Positions 51,168 through 64,000 are shown, numbered from the stretch's first letter. The stretch is DNA of 64,000 nt from Octopus sinensis (GCF_006345805.1 NC_042997.1:132060001-132124000), one strand, 5' to 3'. A program made the numbers and translations. Notes: generated from the sequence alone by a model not told the origin.

Positions 51168-53827
51168 AATAATAATAATAATAATAATTGTGTACAGTGC
51201 TCAGGTGCACTACAACTCATCTAAAGTGTATATATAATCAGGTGTAGTTTCAGTGGATTTCGGAAAGCATGAGGGCCTTAAAGGATGCAGTGTCATGGCA
51301 GTCAACAACTGACGCAGGCAGTTTATTCCATGCTTCAGCAACTCTGAGCGTGAAAAAATGTTTCCGAAAGTCATGGGAGCTGTGTTGTTTTCTGACTTTG
51401 TAGGCATGTCCACGTGTGTTAGACACATGGAGATCAAAAAGGTGTTCAGTGTTGTTGTTGGTGAGGTGGTTGATAACTTTGTGGGTGTTCACCAAGTCCG
51501 TCGCCAGATGCCGGAGCTTCAGTGAATCCATGCCCAGGGAAACAAGGCGCTCAGAATATGGTAGGTGTCTGATGGAGGGTATGCGTTTGGTTGCACGTCT
51601 CTGGACAGATTCCAGGAGGTCAATGTTCTGAGCAAGATAGGGGTTCCAAACTGATGATGCGAATTCCAAGTGTGGTCGTACCATAGCTGTATACAGTTTT
51701 AAATAGATGGCTGGAGAGCGGCTAACAAAAGTCTTGCTGAGTGATGCCAAGACACCCTTGGCCTTCTTGACAATTTTAGAGATATGCTTTGTCCAACGCA
51801 AATCACTGCTGACAGTGATGCCCAGGTCACGCTCGCAAGAGGATTTCTTGATATCAGTGTTGTGGAGGGAGTATGTGGACGCAGGGTTTTTTCTCCCAAA
51901 ATGCATGGTGGTACACTTGTCCACAGCCAGTTTCAGTTGCCAGTCTGTGATCCATTGCTGCATTGTGTCTAGGTCTGATTGCAGGAAAGAGTTGTAGACA
52001 TCAGGATCTGTCCTCTTGATTTCAAGGTACAGCTTGATGTCGTCTGCATATTTCAATACTGTGGCATTCTTTAAATTGGCATCTATGTCATTAATGTATG
52101 CCACAAACAAGAGGGGACCAAGGACAGATCCCTGTGGTACACCCGATGACATCTCATATGGTGTAGAATGCTGTCCTAGAACTGTGACTACTTCCTTTCA
52201 GCTGAGAATGAAGGGTTTCAACCAGTTAAAAAGGTCATCCCTCACACCCATTGCAGAGAGTTTCACCATAAGCCTTTTGTGTGGCACAGAGTTGAAAGCC
52301 TTAGCAAAGTCAAGGTAGACAACATCCACCCATGAGCCACTGTCAGTGATCTGAGTAATGTCCTCAAGGAACTCGACAAGCTGATCACTGCAGCTGGAGT
52401 TAGGGACAAATCCATATTGTAAGGGTCGGATGAGACTGTGAGAGCTCCAGAAGTTCCAGAGTGTTTCTCTGACACACGATTCCATCAGTTTTGCAATACA
52501 GCTAGTGAGACAGACTGGGCGATAGTTGACAGGTGATGTGCGGTCGCCCTTTTTGAACAGAGGAATGACACTGGCAGTTTTCCACTGCTCCGGAGTAGCA
52601 CCATTGTTGAGACAGTACTGGAAGAAAATAGAAAGCTGGTGTAAAAGGAAGTACCTGCCAAGTTTGAGAAACAGGTATGTAACTCCATCGAGACCAGGGG
52701 AGGCATAGTTGCGCTTATTTTGAAGGTGACGTCGCAGCATTGCAGGTGTAAATTCCATAGTTGTTATGGAATTTTCTGTTAGAGATGGTGAAGATGGTAC
52801 ATTTTGACTTTCAACAGTGAATATGTTTGCATAGCACTCGGCAATGAGTTCTGCGCATTCCTTGGGGTCGTCAGTGATCTGGTTTGTGTGAGGGTTGCAA
52901 AGAGGGCCCAGTGGAGAGTGGTCTCTGCTTCGAATGCACATATTTCCAGAAAACCTTGCTGTCAGGATTGGCTGCTATGCACTGTTCAAATTCAAGCACT
53001 GCTTTTTTTGTCACTTGCTTGAGATGGTTGGAAGATTTATTCCGCTTCTTCCTGTTGGTGTCTGATTTATGCAACTTGTATTCCCGTTCAGCAGTCCGAC
53101 GTTCCTTCCTGGCAAGTCGGACCGCTGAAGTTTCCCAAATTGCCCTTTTGGGGCGGTTCTTCTTTTTCTGTTTACGTGGCACTGATGCTGCACATGCTGC
53201 CCATATTGAGTCCAGGATACTCTGGAGTATAGTATTCACATCTCCAGAGTTGTAGAATTCACGCCAGTTTGGGTGCTGTAGTTCAGTGTGGTACAGGTTC
53301 CAATCTGCTCTCTTCCAATTGAAGGAAGCAGATTGGAGATGGTTCAGGTTTTTGTTGTTGCCCGCAAGAGCCAAATTGGCGATGATCATAGCATGATCAG
53401 AGTCACCTAGAGGTTCCTTCGTAGTGCAATTGATAACCGCTTCAGGAGTTGTGGTGAAGAGCAGGTCCAAGGTGTTGTCGCCTCTTGTTGGAGAGGTGAC
53501 TACTTGTGACCAGTTTGAGTCCAGTACAAGCTCAACAAAATCGTTTGCACTCTGTGGTCAATGGAAGGTTTCCCAATTGATCTCAGGATGATTGAAATTG
53601 CCTGCAATAAAAACATAAGTGGCTGTTTTCCTGGCAGCAGCTCGGAGGATATCGCAAAGCTGTGTGTCTTGATGGTAATTTGGGGGACGATAAACAACAC
53701 CAAGCAGGAGTGTTGACATGGTCATACATACGTCACAGAAAAAAACTTCTTCTTGTGATTTGTTCAAATCGGCACAAGGAATTACCGAAAAATTTGAACG
53801 AACGTAGACCATCATCCTTTTACTCAA
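51168..53827 (-). mobile_element. CR1-type LINE, 5'-truncated, frameshifted ORF2
   Basis: APE motifs (GVVYRPP, GNFNHPEINW, DLLFT, GDSDH) and RT motifs (YRPVCLTS, QYGF, YLDFAKAF, SGVPQGSVLGPLLF, YADD). C-terminal VQRRATK, TRGH, FF..RV...WNKLP; 3' GTGC-N6-GCAC stem-loop and (ATT)n tail. Confidence 0.95.
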
Positions 53828-53985
53828 AGGATATTGGAATATTACACATATATACCATTATGCCTATAAAACGGATTTACGAATTCAATACCAATACATA
53901 TCTTTCATCTATTTTCTTTCCTCCACCTCACTCTCTATTTTGTATCACATCGAAACTAACTATGACTTAATTTTCCTCTCACACC

Positions 53986-54037
53986 GTCTCCAACGAAAGG
54001 ATATTATTAATTAATATCCTAGAAACAGCTGTAAGAC
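53986..54037 (+). ncRNA. Degenerate hammerhead-like fold
   Basis: GTCT-CCAACGA-A-AGGATATT/AATATCCT-A-GAA-ACAGCTGT-A-AGAC; stems intact, core mutated. Confidence 0.5.
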
Positions 54038-55109
54038 CTTCTATCTATAAATGCTCTAATAATTATACAGCCTTCGTTTTTTATCTCATTACACAAAAAA
54101 TGTTTATAAGTACACGCTGACATAGAACCAACGTTGAACCTTTTATTCGCAATATTACCGAATCTGGAACTTAATCTGGAACTTAACTATGGTCTGTCTA
54201 TAGCACTTATTCAGCATTACCTGATACCTTTGGGACTCAATGACACCATTATCTCTTATAACCTCAACTTCTTGCTAATATATATATACATATATATATA
54301 TGACTGGCTTCCTCACACCTTCCATCAACAAAATTCGCTGGGCTTAAGCAAAAGACACTTGTTTGAGGTTCTGCACAGTAAGACTGAACCTGCAACCACA
54401 TGGTTGTGAAGCAAACTTCTTACCCACATAGCCATACCTGTGCCTATATTCATAATACTTATTTGAATGGGATTACATTGCATAAACTCAAACTTAGATC
54501 TGTCATCGGCCCTAAGACTCATGAGTCTCACAAGACTCATAAGACTCACTGGACCCTATTTTCAGGAAATATAAGTAACAGAATACAATATGTCCTACTG
54601 AATGGAATGTTGGTCTGTCACAGGGTCAGTGACCCCAGCTATTGCTGGAACTCAATTTACAGCCAAGTAAACTGAAGTTTAAAGGGAAATTTCACAAGAC
54701 AGTCAATCGCCCACTGACACTCATTGACGCTACATCGAAGAGGCCAGGGAAAGAAGAAAGAAGACATGCACCCAACACCAGAGCTGAAGCCACCTCCAAA
54801 AGGGAGGGCCCCCGCCATGTCAAAACGGTAGAGGAGCAGGGGGCTGAAACTGGATGTGGTTCCTCCTGATGATGTCTTGAACTAACTGGATCCTATAAAG
54901 GAGCTGTTGTGGTAGCAGGCCACGAAACATGGTTGAAATTCCTCCGCAGTGAAGTGTCTTGCTCAAGAACTCAATGCATTAACTGGTGCAGAAATTAAAC
55001 CATGATCTTATGATCATGGGTGCAACGCTCTGACCACTAGGCTATGAACCTTCACCTTTGACATTGCATAGAATTGAAGAAAGATAAGCAAATATGGAAG
55101 TGAACCTAC

Positions 55110-55243
55110 CTTAAGCTCTCTTGTAAAGCTGCGAGTAAAAGACTTCTCCCTTTCTTCTGCCAGTTTTCTTTGTGTTGGCCCCATGCCTTTCTCATCCAAT
55201 ATCACTCTACCTTTACCACAAGGATGTGTAGTTATGTATGGTT
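55110..55243 (-). CDS. SPAG16: SPAG16 exon (most 5' exon found; linker before WD40 repeats)
   Basis: ttttgacag acceptor, AAG|gtaggt donor; 134 nt, phase 1 to 0. Reads (E)PYITTHPCGKGRVILDEKGMGPTQRKLAEEREKSFTRSFTRELK; GPTQ.KL.E.RE resembles the vertebrate SPAG16 linker and joins in frame to the next exon. Confidence 0.75.
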
Positions 55244-55914
55244 CTGTCAAAATATCAAAGCTAAATTAAATATACGTTTAACTATATTTTCTGAATTTTT
55301 CTGTTTTATTATAATTCATCCCACCCACACATACAAACACATATAAACACATACACACATACACATAGATATGCACGCATACACACACATATGCATACAC
55401 ATACGTATGCACACACAAGCAATCACACACATCTCAATATCCATAAACATATGTATGATGAACTTCACTACTGTTTCTATCTACCATTTCCACTTACAAG
55501 GCATTGATTGGCCCAGGGTTAGAAGAGAAGAAAATTACTTAAAGCAATTTGGACCAATTCCAAATGAGAAACGATGTTCTAAAGAATCAAGAATTCTCCA
55601 GAACTGACATGTCGTGAAAGATCAGACACTAAGCATGCATTAAACTTGCAAAAACCAATGAAGTGCAGCAGTCATTTAGTTGTTGCACAGAAACCAGTCT
55701 CCCGAATCTAAGTATTCCATTCTTGTGTTATTTGATAAATTTAGCCATGTATTTCCAATGATATTGAGGTCTACTTCATTAGTTGTTACACATGTGGGAT
55801 AAGGTTGGGCAACTGCTGTGCTGATGATGTCCGCTGAGGCAAAGATGCATCAGCACAACTATTTTATATATGTATGTGTACAGGTACCATCTTCATCATT
55901 ATAATTTAACGTGA

Positions 55915-56130
55915 CTAGCTGGTAGAAATGTTAGCATGCCGGGCAGTATTTCGTCTACCGCTACGTTCTGAGTTCAAATTCCGCCGAGGTTGACTTTGCC
56001 TTTCATCCTTTCGGGGTCGATTAAATAAGTACAAGTTTCACACTGGGGTCGATATAATTGACTTAATCTGTTTGTCTGTCTTTGTTCATCCCCTCTGTGT
56101 TTAGCCCCTTGTGGGTAGTAAACAAATAAA
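55915..56130 (+). mobile_element. SINE family B (further diverged copies at ~8170-8385, 33590-33700, 41820-41950, 58390-58620)
   Basis: Collinear with 36293-36524. Confidence 0.8.
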
Positions 56131-57014
56131 TTTAACGTCTGGCTGGCATGTTGGCATGAGTTGGACAGTTCATGATCCAACATGTTGGAAGACTCTCATG
56201 TTCAAGTGTTTGGCATGGTTTCTAAGGCTGGGTGTTCTTCCTGACACCAACCTACAGAGTGCAATAGATACCTTTTTTCGTGGTACCAGCCCTTGTGGGT
56301 GTCACCATGTAAATCATTTCTTCCTCCACAGACATATATTCATGCATGCATGCATACATGTAAGACTAGTAGAAAGAGGCATATTAAAAATGTGCAAGAA
56401 TGATATTTGTTACACTCAGGTAAGGGAGCAATACAATGAAATGGATGCAAAATGGATAAAGAATAAGTTAAGGAATTTTAAAACGGTGCTATTCTAGCAA
56501 TAAAAAAATAAACTTCAGAATAAAATATTTCAAACACCTTTATCTTTTTTAAATTCTTTCCTTCATCTGATGAAAAGATGATAAAAAAAAAATTATTAAT
56601 TTATAAAATAAGAATTTATACAAATAATAAAAGTATTAGCACATAAATCCATAAAATTATAAAAAATATAATTTTTTAAAAGTGGTCTCAGTAACCAATA
56701 TTGGGTTTAAAAAATGGATTCGAAACAAAACAGGTTAAAAATGGTGAAGGAAAAATAAAACAAAATGGACAAAAAATAAATTTATAAATAATCAAACGTG
56801 AAGTGATAGGAATCAGAATAAAGTAAAAGGAATTGGTGTTGATAGAATATTGATCTGCTAACCAAAATACTATGGAGTAAAGCATGGTGGTGCTGCTAAA
56901 ATGTATGTGCAGTGCATTGGGTGCAACAAAATTTCTTCAGATGAAAAGTGGTAAAAGTTTTTCACAGTGTTTTCATCCAGTCAAAAGCAAAACTGATATT
57001 AGGTTAAGGTGGTT

Positions 57015-57355
57015 CATACAGAGGTAAACGGTATTTTGGTGCATGCTTGCAAGGATTGAATAGCTCTCACCTTAGAATTAAGCTGCTGAAATTTTGTTGC
57101 AAGAAGAGCCATTTTCTCAGTTTGGCATAACTGGCAATAAAGCCGAGATGTGAAGCTTCCTCGGTGATATGACTTTGTGTAGCACAGGATGGACCAAGTA
57201 ATTCTGAACGTGTGTGTTCAGTTGTCTTTCTGATAAGCCATATACACTTTGATAAAGCTGCCCTACAGCATCTTTGAGCATTAATGAAGGAATGCCTATG
57301 TTTGTTGGTCTGCGATTTGAAGCTATTTTTGGTGAATCTGTTATAGGACTTCAGT
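57015..57355 (-). mobile_element. Penelope-like element GIY-YIG C-terminal remnant
   Basis: Frameshifted reading FTKNSFKS..KHRHSF....AALSKCIW / ITWSIL..KSY...CQLCQTEKMALL...LN...PCKH, the typical PLE endonuclease tail. Confidence 0.75.
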
Positions 57356-57464
57356 GAAGAGTTGTCTGTTAGTCTGTCAATTGTCTATTTGTCTATTTAT
57401 CCATCTACATATTCAGTCATCTATCTTGCTGGTTAGAAGCCTATGTCTGTGTACATACTTATCC

Positions 57465-57604
57465 AACTGTCTGTCTATCTGTCTGTTTGTTGATAGGTCT
57501 ATCTGTTTGCCTGTCTGTCTATCTTTCTATCTGTCTGTCTGTCTGTCTGTCTGTTAGTCTATCTATCTGTCTGTCTATCTTTCTATCTGTCTGTCTGTCT
57601 GTTA

Positions 57605-57680
<76 letters not shown>

Positions 57681-57717
57681 GTCTGTCTCTATCTATCTAT
57701 CTATCTGTCTGTCTGTC

Positions 57718-57756
<39 letters not shown>

Positions 57757-57800
57757 CTATCTATCTATCTATCTATCTATCTGTCTGTCTGTCTGTCTAT
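57465..57800. repeat. (TCTG)n/(TCTA)n microsatellite
   Basis: Direct reading. Confidence 0.97.
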
Positions 57801-58767
57801 ATATGCACCTATCCATCTTCCTATCTACATCTCTAACTATCCATCTACAGCCCAACTTATCTCTGTCAATTCATCTATCAACACATTCAAACATTAAGAC
57901 TTAAACTAGAAAAAAGAAAACACACACACAAAAACACCTCTTGCTCTTGTCTTCTCTATTCTAATAGTTTTTGACATTACATAATTTTGTTATATCAGTT
58001 TTTTGCACTGCTATGAACCAAATTTGACATCAAATACACCCTACCCCTATGCTTAAACCTGTTGCTTGAGGTACATCATGCACTGGGGTTTCTTTCAGTC
58101 TTGATAAACATAAAAGAAGTAAAAATGGTTTTAACCAGTAACCGAAGCTGGGTCATACAGGGAGCCTCTATGTGGTCCCTGAGCCTTCTAGAAACAGCAG
58201 CCAAATTTTGCCTAAATTACATTCACTGTCTTAAAAAATGGGAATGACAGATTAGATGATATAGCATTAAATACCCCTAAATAGATGAGGTTGACGTCAT
58301 TAGAATGCTTTTGATCATAAATCAGTTTGATCACGACTGATTTAAGATTAAACAGCATCATAATTATCATTATTATTGTGCCGTAATAAGGCGGTGAATT
58401 GGCAGAATTTTTAACATGCTGGGAAAAATGCTTGGCAGCATTTTGCTTGTGTTTATGTTTTGAGTTCAACTTCCACCGAGTTTGACATTGCCTTTCATCC
58501 TTCTGGGGTTAATGAAATAAGTACCAACTGAGCTCTGGGGTCAATGTAATGTAATTGACTAGTATCCACCTCCCCAACTCCCTCAAAATTTCAGGCTGTG
58601 TGCCCATACAAAAAAGGATTATTGCTGTGTTATAATCCTCCTCCTACTCCTCCTACTCCACCACCACCACCACCCCTCCTCCTCCTCATCATCATCCTCC
58701 TCCTCCTCATCATCATCATTGTCATCATCACTAACACTGGTACCAACAGCAGTGCTACCACCCCTAT

Positions 58768-58968
58768 TGGCCCTGTGCATCTGCTGCACACGAAAGCTAT
58801 CTTCTAGGTTAATCTTCCTTTGATGTTGCTGCACCTCTTATGCATCCATAGCTTACACTGGGTACATCTTATGGAGTTTCTACTTACACCTTTTCTACAG
58901 ATCAAGCAGGGCCACCTACCTGAGGGGGTGTGTGATGAGTTCGCCTTCCTACTTACTATAACTTTGGT
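58768..58968 (-). mobile_element. RTE LINE internal fragment (PHD-like finger)
   Basis: Near-identical to 14660-14860; reads WPCLICRKGV..SIRCTQCKLWMHKRC...FVCSRC. Confidence 0.85.
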
Positions 58969-59041
58969 CTTACACACACATGTATGTATGAGCGTGTGTG
59001 TGTATGTGTGTATGTGTGTGTGTTACTTTTGCTAAATATTA

Positions 59042-59072
<31 letters not shown>

Positions 59073-59379
59073 TACATGCATACATACGTATGCACGTCCG
59101 TACATACATACCTACATACATATATACATACATATTTATAGACATACATGGTATGTATATACACAATAGGTTTCTCTACAGTTTCCATTCCATTCAAGAA
59201 GTATGGGTTAATCTGGGGCAATGATAGAAGACACTTGTCCAAGCTGCTGTGCTGTGGTACCAAACCTAGAACCACATGGTAGCGAACCAAACTTCTTAAC
59301 CACACATCCATATCTTCCCCTCTATTCCAATAAGCTACCCCACCATATCAAATAGACCATACATGCCCCACCTCCGCTC

Positions 59380-60112
59380 CCCATCCAGCTGTTTGAAGAC
59401 TTCCACATTCAGTGCTTATTTCTCACAACTATTGAAACTCCGATGTGTGGCAGCTGATTTGGCAGACACCCATGAAATTATTAACCATCTTACAAATAAT
59501 AACTATGAGCACCTTTTCAAACTCCACCTGTCTAACACCCGTGGACATGTTTACAAAGTCAGAAAACAGCTCCCATGACTTTCGGAAACATTTTTTCACT
59601 CTAAGAGTTGCTGAAGTATGGAACAAACTGCCGACATCAGTTGTTAGTTGTCGGAGCACTGCATCGTTCAAAACTTCCATGCTTCCTGAGATTCGCCAAC
59701 ACTACACCTATTTCTTTATTACCCACAAGGGGCTAAACACAGAGGGGACAAACAAGGACAGACATAGGTATTAAGTCGATTACATCGACCCCAGTGCGTA
59801 ACTGGTACTTAATTTATCGACTCCAAAAGGATGAAAGGCAAAGTCAACCTCGGCGGAATTTGAACTCACAACGTAACGCAGACGAAATACCGCTAAGCAT
59901 TTCGCCCGGCATGCTAACGTTTCTGCCAGCTCGCCGCCAACACTACACCTGATTTTCTTCCCTCCATACGCACGCAAGCATGTATCTGACTCATACACTG
60001 TTCCCTTACCAGACATTTGTACATTACTGCATATGCTTTATATGCACTTTCGACGAGTTGTGGTGCATCTGAGCACTGTATACAATAATTTCATTATTAT
60101 TATTATTATTAT
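59380..60112 (+). mobile_element. CR1-type LINE 3' fragment interrupted by a SINE
   Basis: TRGH and FFTLRVAEVWNKLP homologous to 51250-51520; same 3' stem-loop and (ATT)n tail; SINE inserted at 59710-59938. Confidence 0.9.
59710..59938 (-). mobile_element. SINE family B with TSD
   Basis: Flanked by (cgcc)aacactacacct at 59694-59709 and 59935-59950. Confidence 0.9.
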
Positions 60113-60725
60113 ACAGCATCAAATTTCCCAGGCAAGCTTCATGTTGCTTGCCATTTTCAAATGGAGAGAGAGAGAGACAGAGAGAAAAACACCTTTTGCT
60201 GCCAACAGAGTTAAAAGGCTCCTGAACTTTAACACTTTCCTACTCTAGCTACAATACTTTCGCTATATTTTATAGAAGCTAGTAAATGATATCAGTTATT
60301 ACAATCAGTCATCCCAATAAAAGATGTAAGCTTTATATAATTCATGATGACCATGGGGATAGATTAAATAATTATTAAATCATTAAGACAATGGAAGTAT
60401 AACGAAGTGTCTCATTAGAAATTAGAATAATGTCATACTGATGGTGATAAAATATTTACCTTCTCTCTCTGAAATGAATGCCATGAAATAGTAACATATT
60501 AAATGCAAACATACCATTATTAACCTCACTAACTGTCCCAAAGGTTGCACAGCTCTGTTGATAACATGTTCATATGATCCAACAAGACAGCCTCTTTACA
60601 GTCATTTGATTTGCTAGACATAGCAGCTAAGCAACTATTAAATTACACTCAACTATCTTAAAATGAAGTCCATATTAGATAATGTAATTCAAGTAACCAA
60701 TAAAATAATGGTATCACTCTCTTTT

Positions 60726-61142
60726 CTTTTACTTGTTTTAGTCATTTGACTGTGGCCATGTTGGAGCACAGCCTTTTAGCTGAGCAAATCGACCTCAGGA
60801 CTTATTCTTTGGAAGCCTAGTACTTATTCTATCGGTCTCTTTTGCTGAACTGCTACGTTACGCAGATGTAAGCACACCAGCATCGGTTGTCAAGTGATGT
60901 TGGGGAGGGGTAGGGGTACAAACACAGACACACAAACATATAAACACACACACACACATATATATATATATTCATATATACGATGGGCTTCTTTCAGTTT
61001 CTGTCTACCAAATCCACTCACAAGGCTTTGGTCGGCCCGAGGCTATAGTAGAAGACACTTGCCCAAGATGCCATGCAGTGAGACTGAATCCGGAACCATG
61101 TGGTTGGTAAGCAACCTATTTACCACACAGCCACTCCTGCAC
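60726..61142 (-). mobile_element. SINE family A
   Basis: Full-length copy. Confidence 0.85.
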
Positions 61143-61759
61143 TTGGTCAAAGTTCGAATGTCTTTGATCATAAGTCTTGCTCAATCAGGGCTGACCTAGG
61201 GTTAAACAACAATAGCAACAATATCTTAAGATGCTCTCGGACACCAACATCATTAGTAGAGAAGGTAAGAAGATATTAATGCATGAAACTTATCCTGCTA
61301 TAAAACACAAGAGGTGAGGAAAAGGCCATATTGGAGAATAGAGTCTGAGGTATATTATGTCTGAAACAAAAGATGAGTTGGTTATGGCTGGAATGCTTTT
61401 GATCATAGTTCTGCTCAATCAAGACTTGCCTGGGGCTAAACAACAACAAAACCTAAATTCTAGACAAGCTAATGAGGGAAGCTGTACTTGATTGTCTGAC
61501 CTGCTAGAAATAGAAGCCAGTTCTTTCTCAAATCATATGTTTACTATTTTAAAAAAACAGGAGGATACATTGGTTAATTGGAAAGGACACAATGTTTAAA
61601 AAAAAATTTTAAACTGTTGTGATAGCTGTTACTGGAACACCTTCGATGATAGGTCTCTTCAATGAGGATTTACCTGGGGCTAAAGAACAAAAACAACAGT
61701 CACAACCACAACAACAACAGCAACAAAAATACAACCAGCTACATAGATATTAAAGTATA

Positions 61760-62151
61760 CTCTTTTACTTGTTTCCGTCATTTGACTGTGGCCATGCTGG
61801 AGCACCACTTTTAGTCAAGCAAATCGACCCCAGGACTTATTCTTTGTAAGCCTAGTACTTATTCTATCAGTTTCTTTTACCAAACCGCTAAGTTACCGGG
61901 ATGTAAACACACCAGCATCGGTTGTCAGGCGATGTTGAGGGGACAAACACAGGCACACAAACATATACACACACACACATTCATATATATAAGAAGACAG
62001 GCTTCCTTCAGTTTCTGTCTACCAAATCCACTCACAAAGCTTTGGCTGGCCTGAGGCTATAGTAGAAGACACTTGCCATGCAGTGGGACTGAACCTGGAA
62101 CCATGTAGTTCGTAACCAAGCTACTTACCACACAGCCACTCCTACGCCTAT
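61760..62151 (-). mobile_element. SINE family A
   Basis: Full-length copy. Confidence 0.85.
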
Positions 62152-62532
62152 GTATATACTCAATATAATACCTATATAATTGTAGAAGTTTCCAAAGATC
62201 ATATACAATGATGCCCCATAAAAAAGAACATTAACTACACAACTGAAATAGCCAACATGATAAAACCAGAATTAGCATCAAACAGGATCCACCAACATCA
62301 CACACAGCAGAAATATGAATAACCATAAAACAAAATAAACTTAGAAATAAGAAAATATAGCAAAGGAAAGCATAAAATTATATCAGACATTTGCATCCAA
62401 CAAAAATCACAACACATGTAGAACAATGATATGCAAAGTATGAAGCAACAACGATTAAGCTAACAATGAGCATACTACATTATATAGGCGCATATATAGA
62501 GCATACTACAGATATAGGCATAGGAGTTGCTT

Positions 62533-62927
62533 ATAGGCGCAGGAGTGGCTGTGTGGTAAGTAGCTTGCTTACCAACCACATGGTTCCGGGTTCAGTCCCA
62601 CTGCATGGTACCTTGGGCAAGTGTCTTCTACTATAGCCTCGGGTTGACCAAAGCCTTGTGAGTGAATTTGGTAGACAGAAACTGAAAGCCTGTTGTATAT
62701 ATGTATATATATATGTGTATGTGTGTTTGTGTGTCTGTGTTTCCCCCCCCCCAACATTGCTTGACAACTGATGCTGGTGTGTTTATGTCCCTGTAACTTA
62801 GCAGTTCGGCAAAAGAGACCGATTGAATAAGTACTAGGCTTACAAAGAATAAGTCCTGGTGTCGATTTGCTTGACTAAAGGCGGTGCTCCAGTATGGCCG
62901 CAGTCAAATGACTGAAACAAGTAAAAG
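62533..62927 (+). mobile_element. SINE family A
   Basis: Full-length copy. Confidence 0.85.
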
Positions 62928-63249
62928 TGTGTTGTGAGGGTCTCCGTTATGTTGTTGCTCAGCCTACTAAAACTAGTAGCTAAATTACCTTTAAATCTGA
63001 TCCTACTGTCTTGAAAAAGGAAGGGACACATTAGAGAGTATGGTCCTGAAAAGACGGGAAGGTCATGGCTAGACTACCCTTGATTGTAGGTTAGGTGTGC
63101 TCAATCAAGGTTGATGTGGGGCTAAACAGCAAAAATGACATCATTATCGTTGCCATCATCATCATCAACAGTAACAACAAAGGCACTTACAGCAATATCA
63201 ACAACAACAGCACCAGCAGCAACAAGTGCAGCAGCATAACCACCACCAC

Positions 63250-63859
63250 TTATGAAGCAGCATAAGGAATGGCTTAGCCCTGCTAAACAAGTAACACCAT
63301 GCGTGAAACAAGATCTTCATCCATGTAAAACGATGTTGTGCGTATGGTGGGACTGGGAAGGGATTATCCATTACGAATTGCTTGAATGGAACCAAATGGT
63401 CAACGCAGAACTCTGTACTGAACAGATGGAACACCTCAACACAGCTATTCAAGAGAAAAGACCTAATCAGCAGCATGGAGTTATTCTGCTGCACGACAAC
63501 ACCCGCCCTCTTATCGCCAATATGACCAGGGAAGCCATTCAAACGCATGGCTAGGAAGTGCTGCCGCTCCCGCCGTACTCTCCTGATTTGGCACCAACAG
63601 ATTTCCACCTCTTTCAAATGCTATGTGCAGAGTTTCGTTCCACAATGATGCAGAATTGAGAGCTTGGTTGGATCAATTTTTCAAGTTGAACTCGGGTGAA
63701 TTCTACCAACGAGGTATTGAAAATCTTGTTGAACATTGGGAAGAAGTTGGAAACAACAAGGGTGAATACATTATTGATTAATTAGTTGCCATTTTTTATT
63801 AAACCTTTTGAAAAATTTAAATTTTAAAAAATGGCGGGAACTTAGTTGTCAACCCAATA
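63250..63859 (+). mobile_element. Mariner 3' half
   Basis: MLCVWWDWEGIIHYELL, LLHDN, PPYSPDLAPTDFHLF; ends in gttgtcaacccaa-TA. Confidence 0.9.
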
Positions 63860-64000
63860 CACACATATATATATATCCATGAATGGCTTCATTCAGCTTC
63901 TTTCTACCAGTTTCTGTTACAAGGCTTTGATCAGCTCAGGGTTATAGAAAAAGACACTTGCCCAAAGTGCCATGCTGTGAGACTGAACTCGGAACCATGT

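Noticed and set aside
51250-53827. Active LINE or transposase anywhere in the window
   Set aside because: All RT and transposase frames contain stops or frameshifts.
56934-56940. CTGAAGA cores on the minus strand here and at 17991-17997
   Set aside because: No matching stem II, GAAA or stem III follows.
57071-57337. AG...GT-bounded 267-nt open frame as a SPAG16 exon
   Set aside because: Its phase is incompatible with exon 55110-55243, and the peptide reads as a frameshifted Penelope GIY-YIG tail.
58292-58299. Second TGACGTCA motif
   Set aside because: It sits in degraded repeat-like intronic sequence with no supporting context.

Overview
AT-rich, repeat-dense eukaryotic DNA. The SINE, RTE and Penelope families and the microsatellite load look like an octopus (cephalopod) genome; this is an inference from repeat recognition. 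The main gene is the 3' part of a SPAG16/PF20 orthologue (axonemal central-apparatus WD40 protein) on the minus strand. Ten GT-AG exons from 55243 down to the stop at 24604 join in frame by hand, and the 5' exons probably lie beyond the window. Two further minus-strand exon candidates (17938-18007, 201-418) may belong to an unidentified downstream gene. The rest is transposon debris: a decayed near-full-length RTE LINE with a PHD-like finger, a 5'-truncated CR1-type LINE, Tc1/mariner/maT copies and MITEs, Helitron pieces, three tRNA-headed SINE families, many RTE 3'-tail copies and Penelope-like remnants. The most interesting signal is six hammerhead-ribozyme-like folds with palindromic stem III in Penelope-like repeats. 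Two of them sit in a ~360-bp permuted tandem unit, carry a U3:A8 core covariation and are retrozyme candidates. All five intronic folds are antisense to SPAG16. Repeat boundaries are approximate and nothing was checked by computation.
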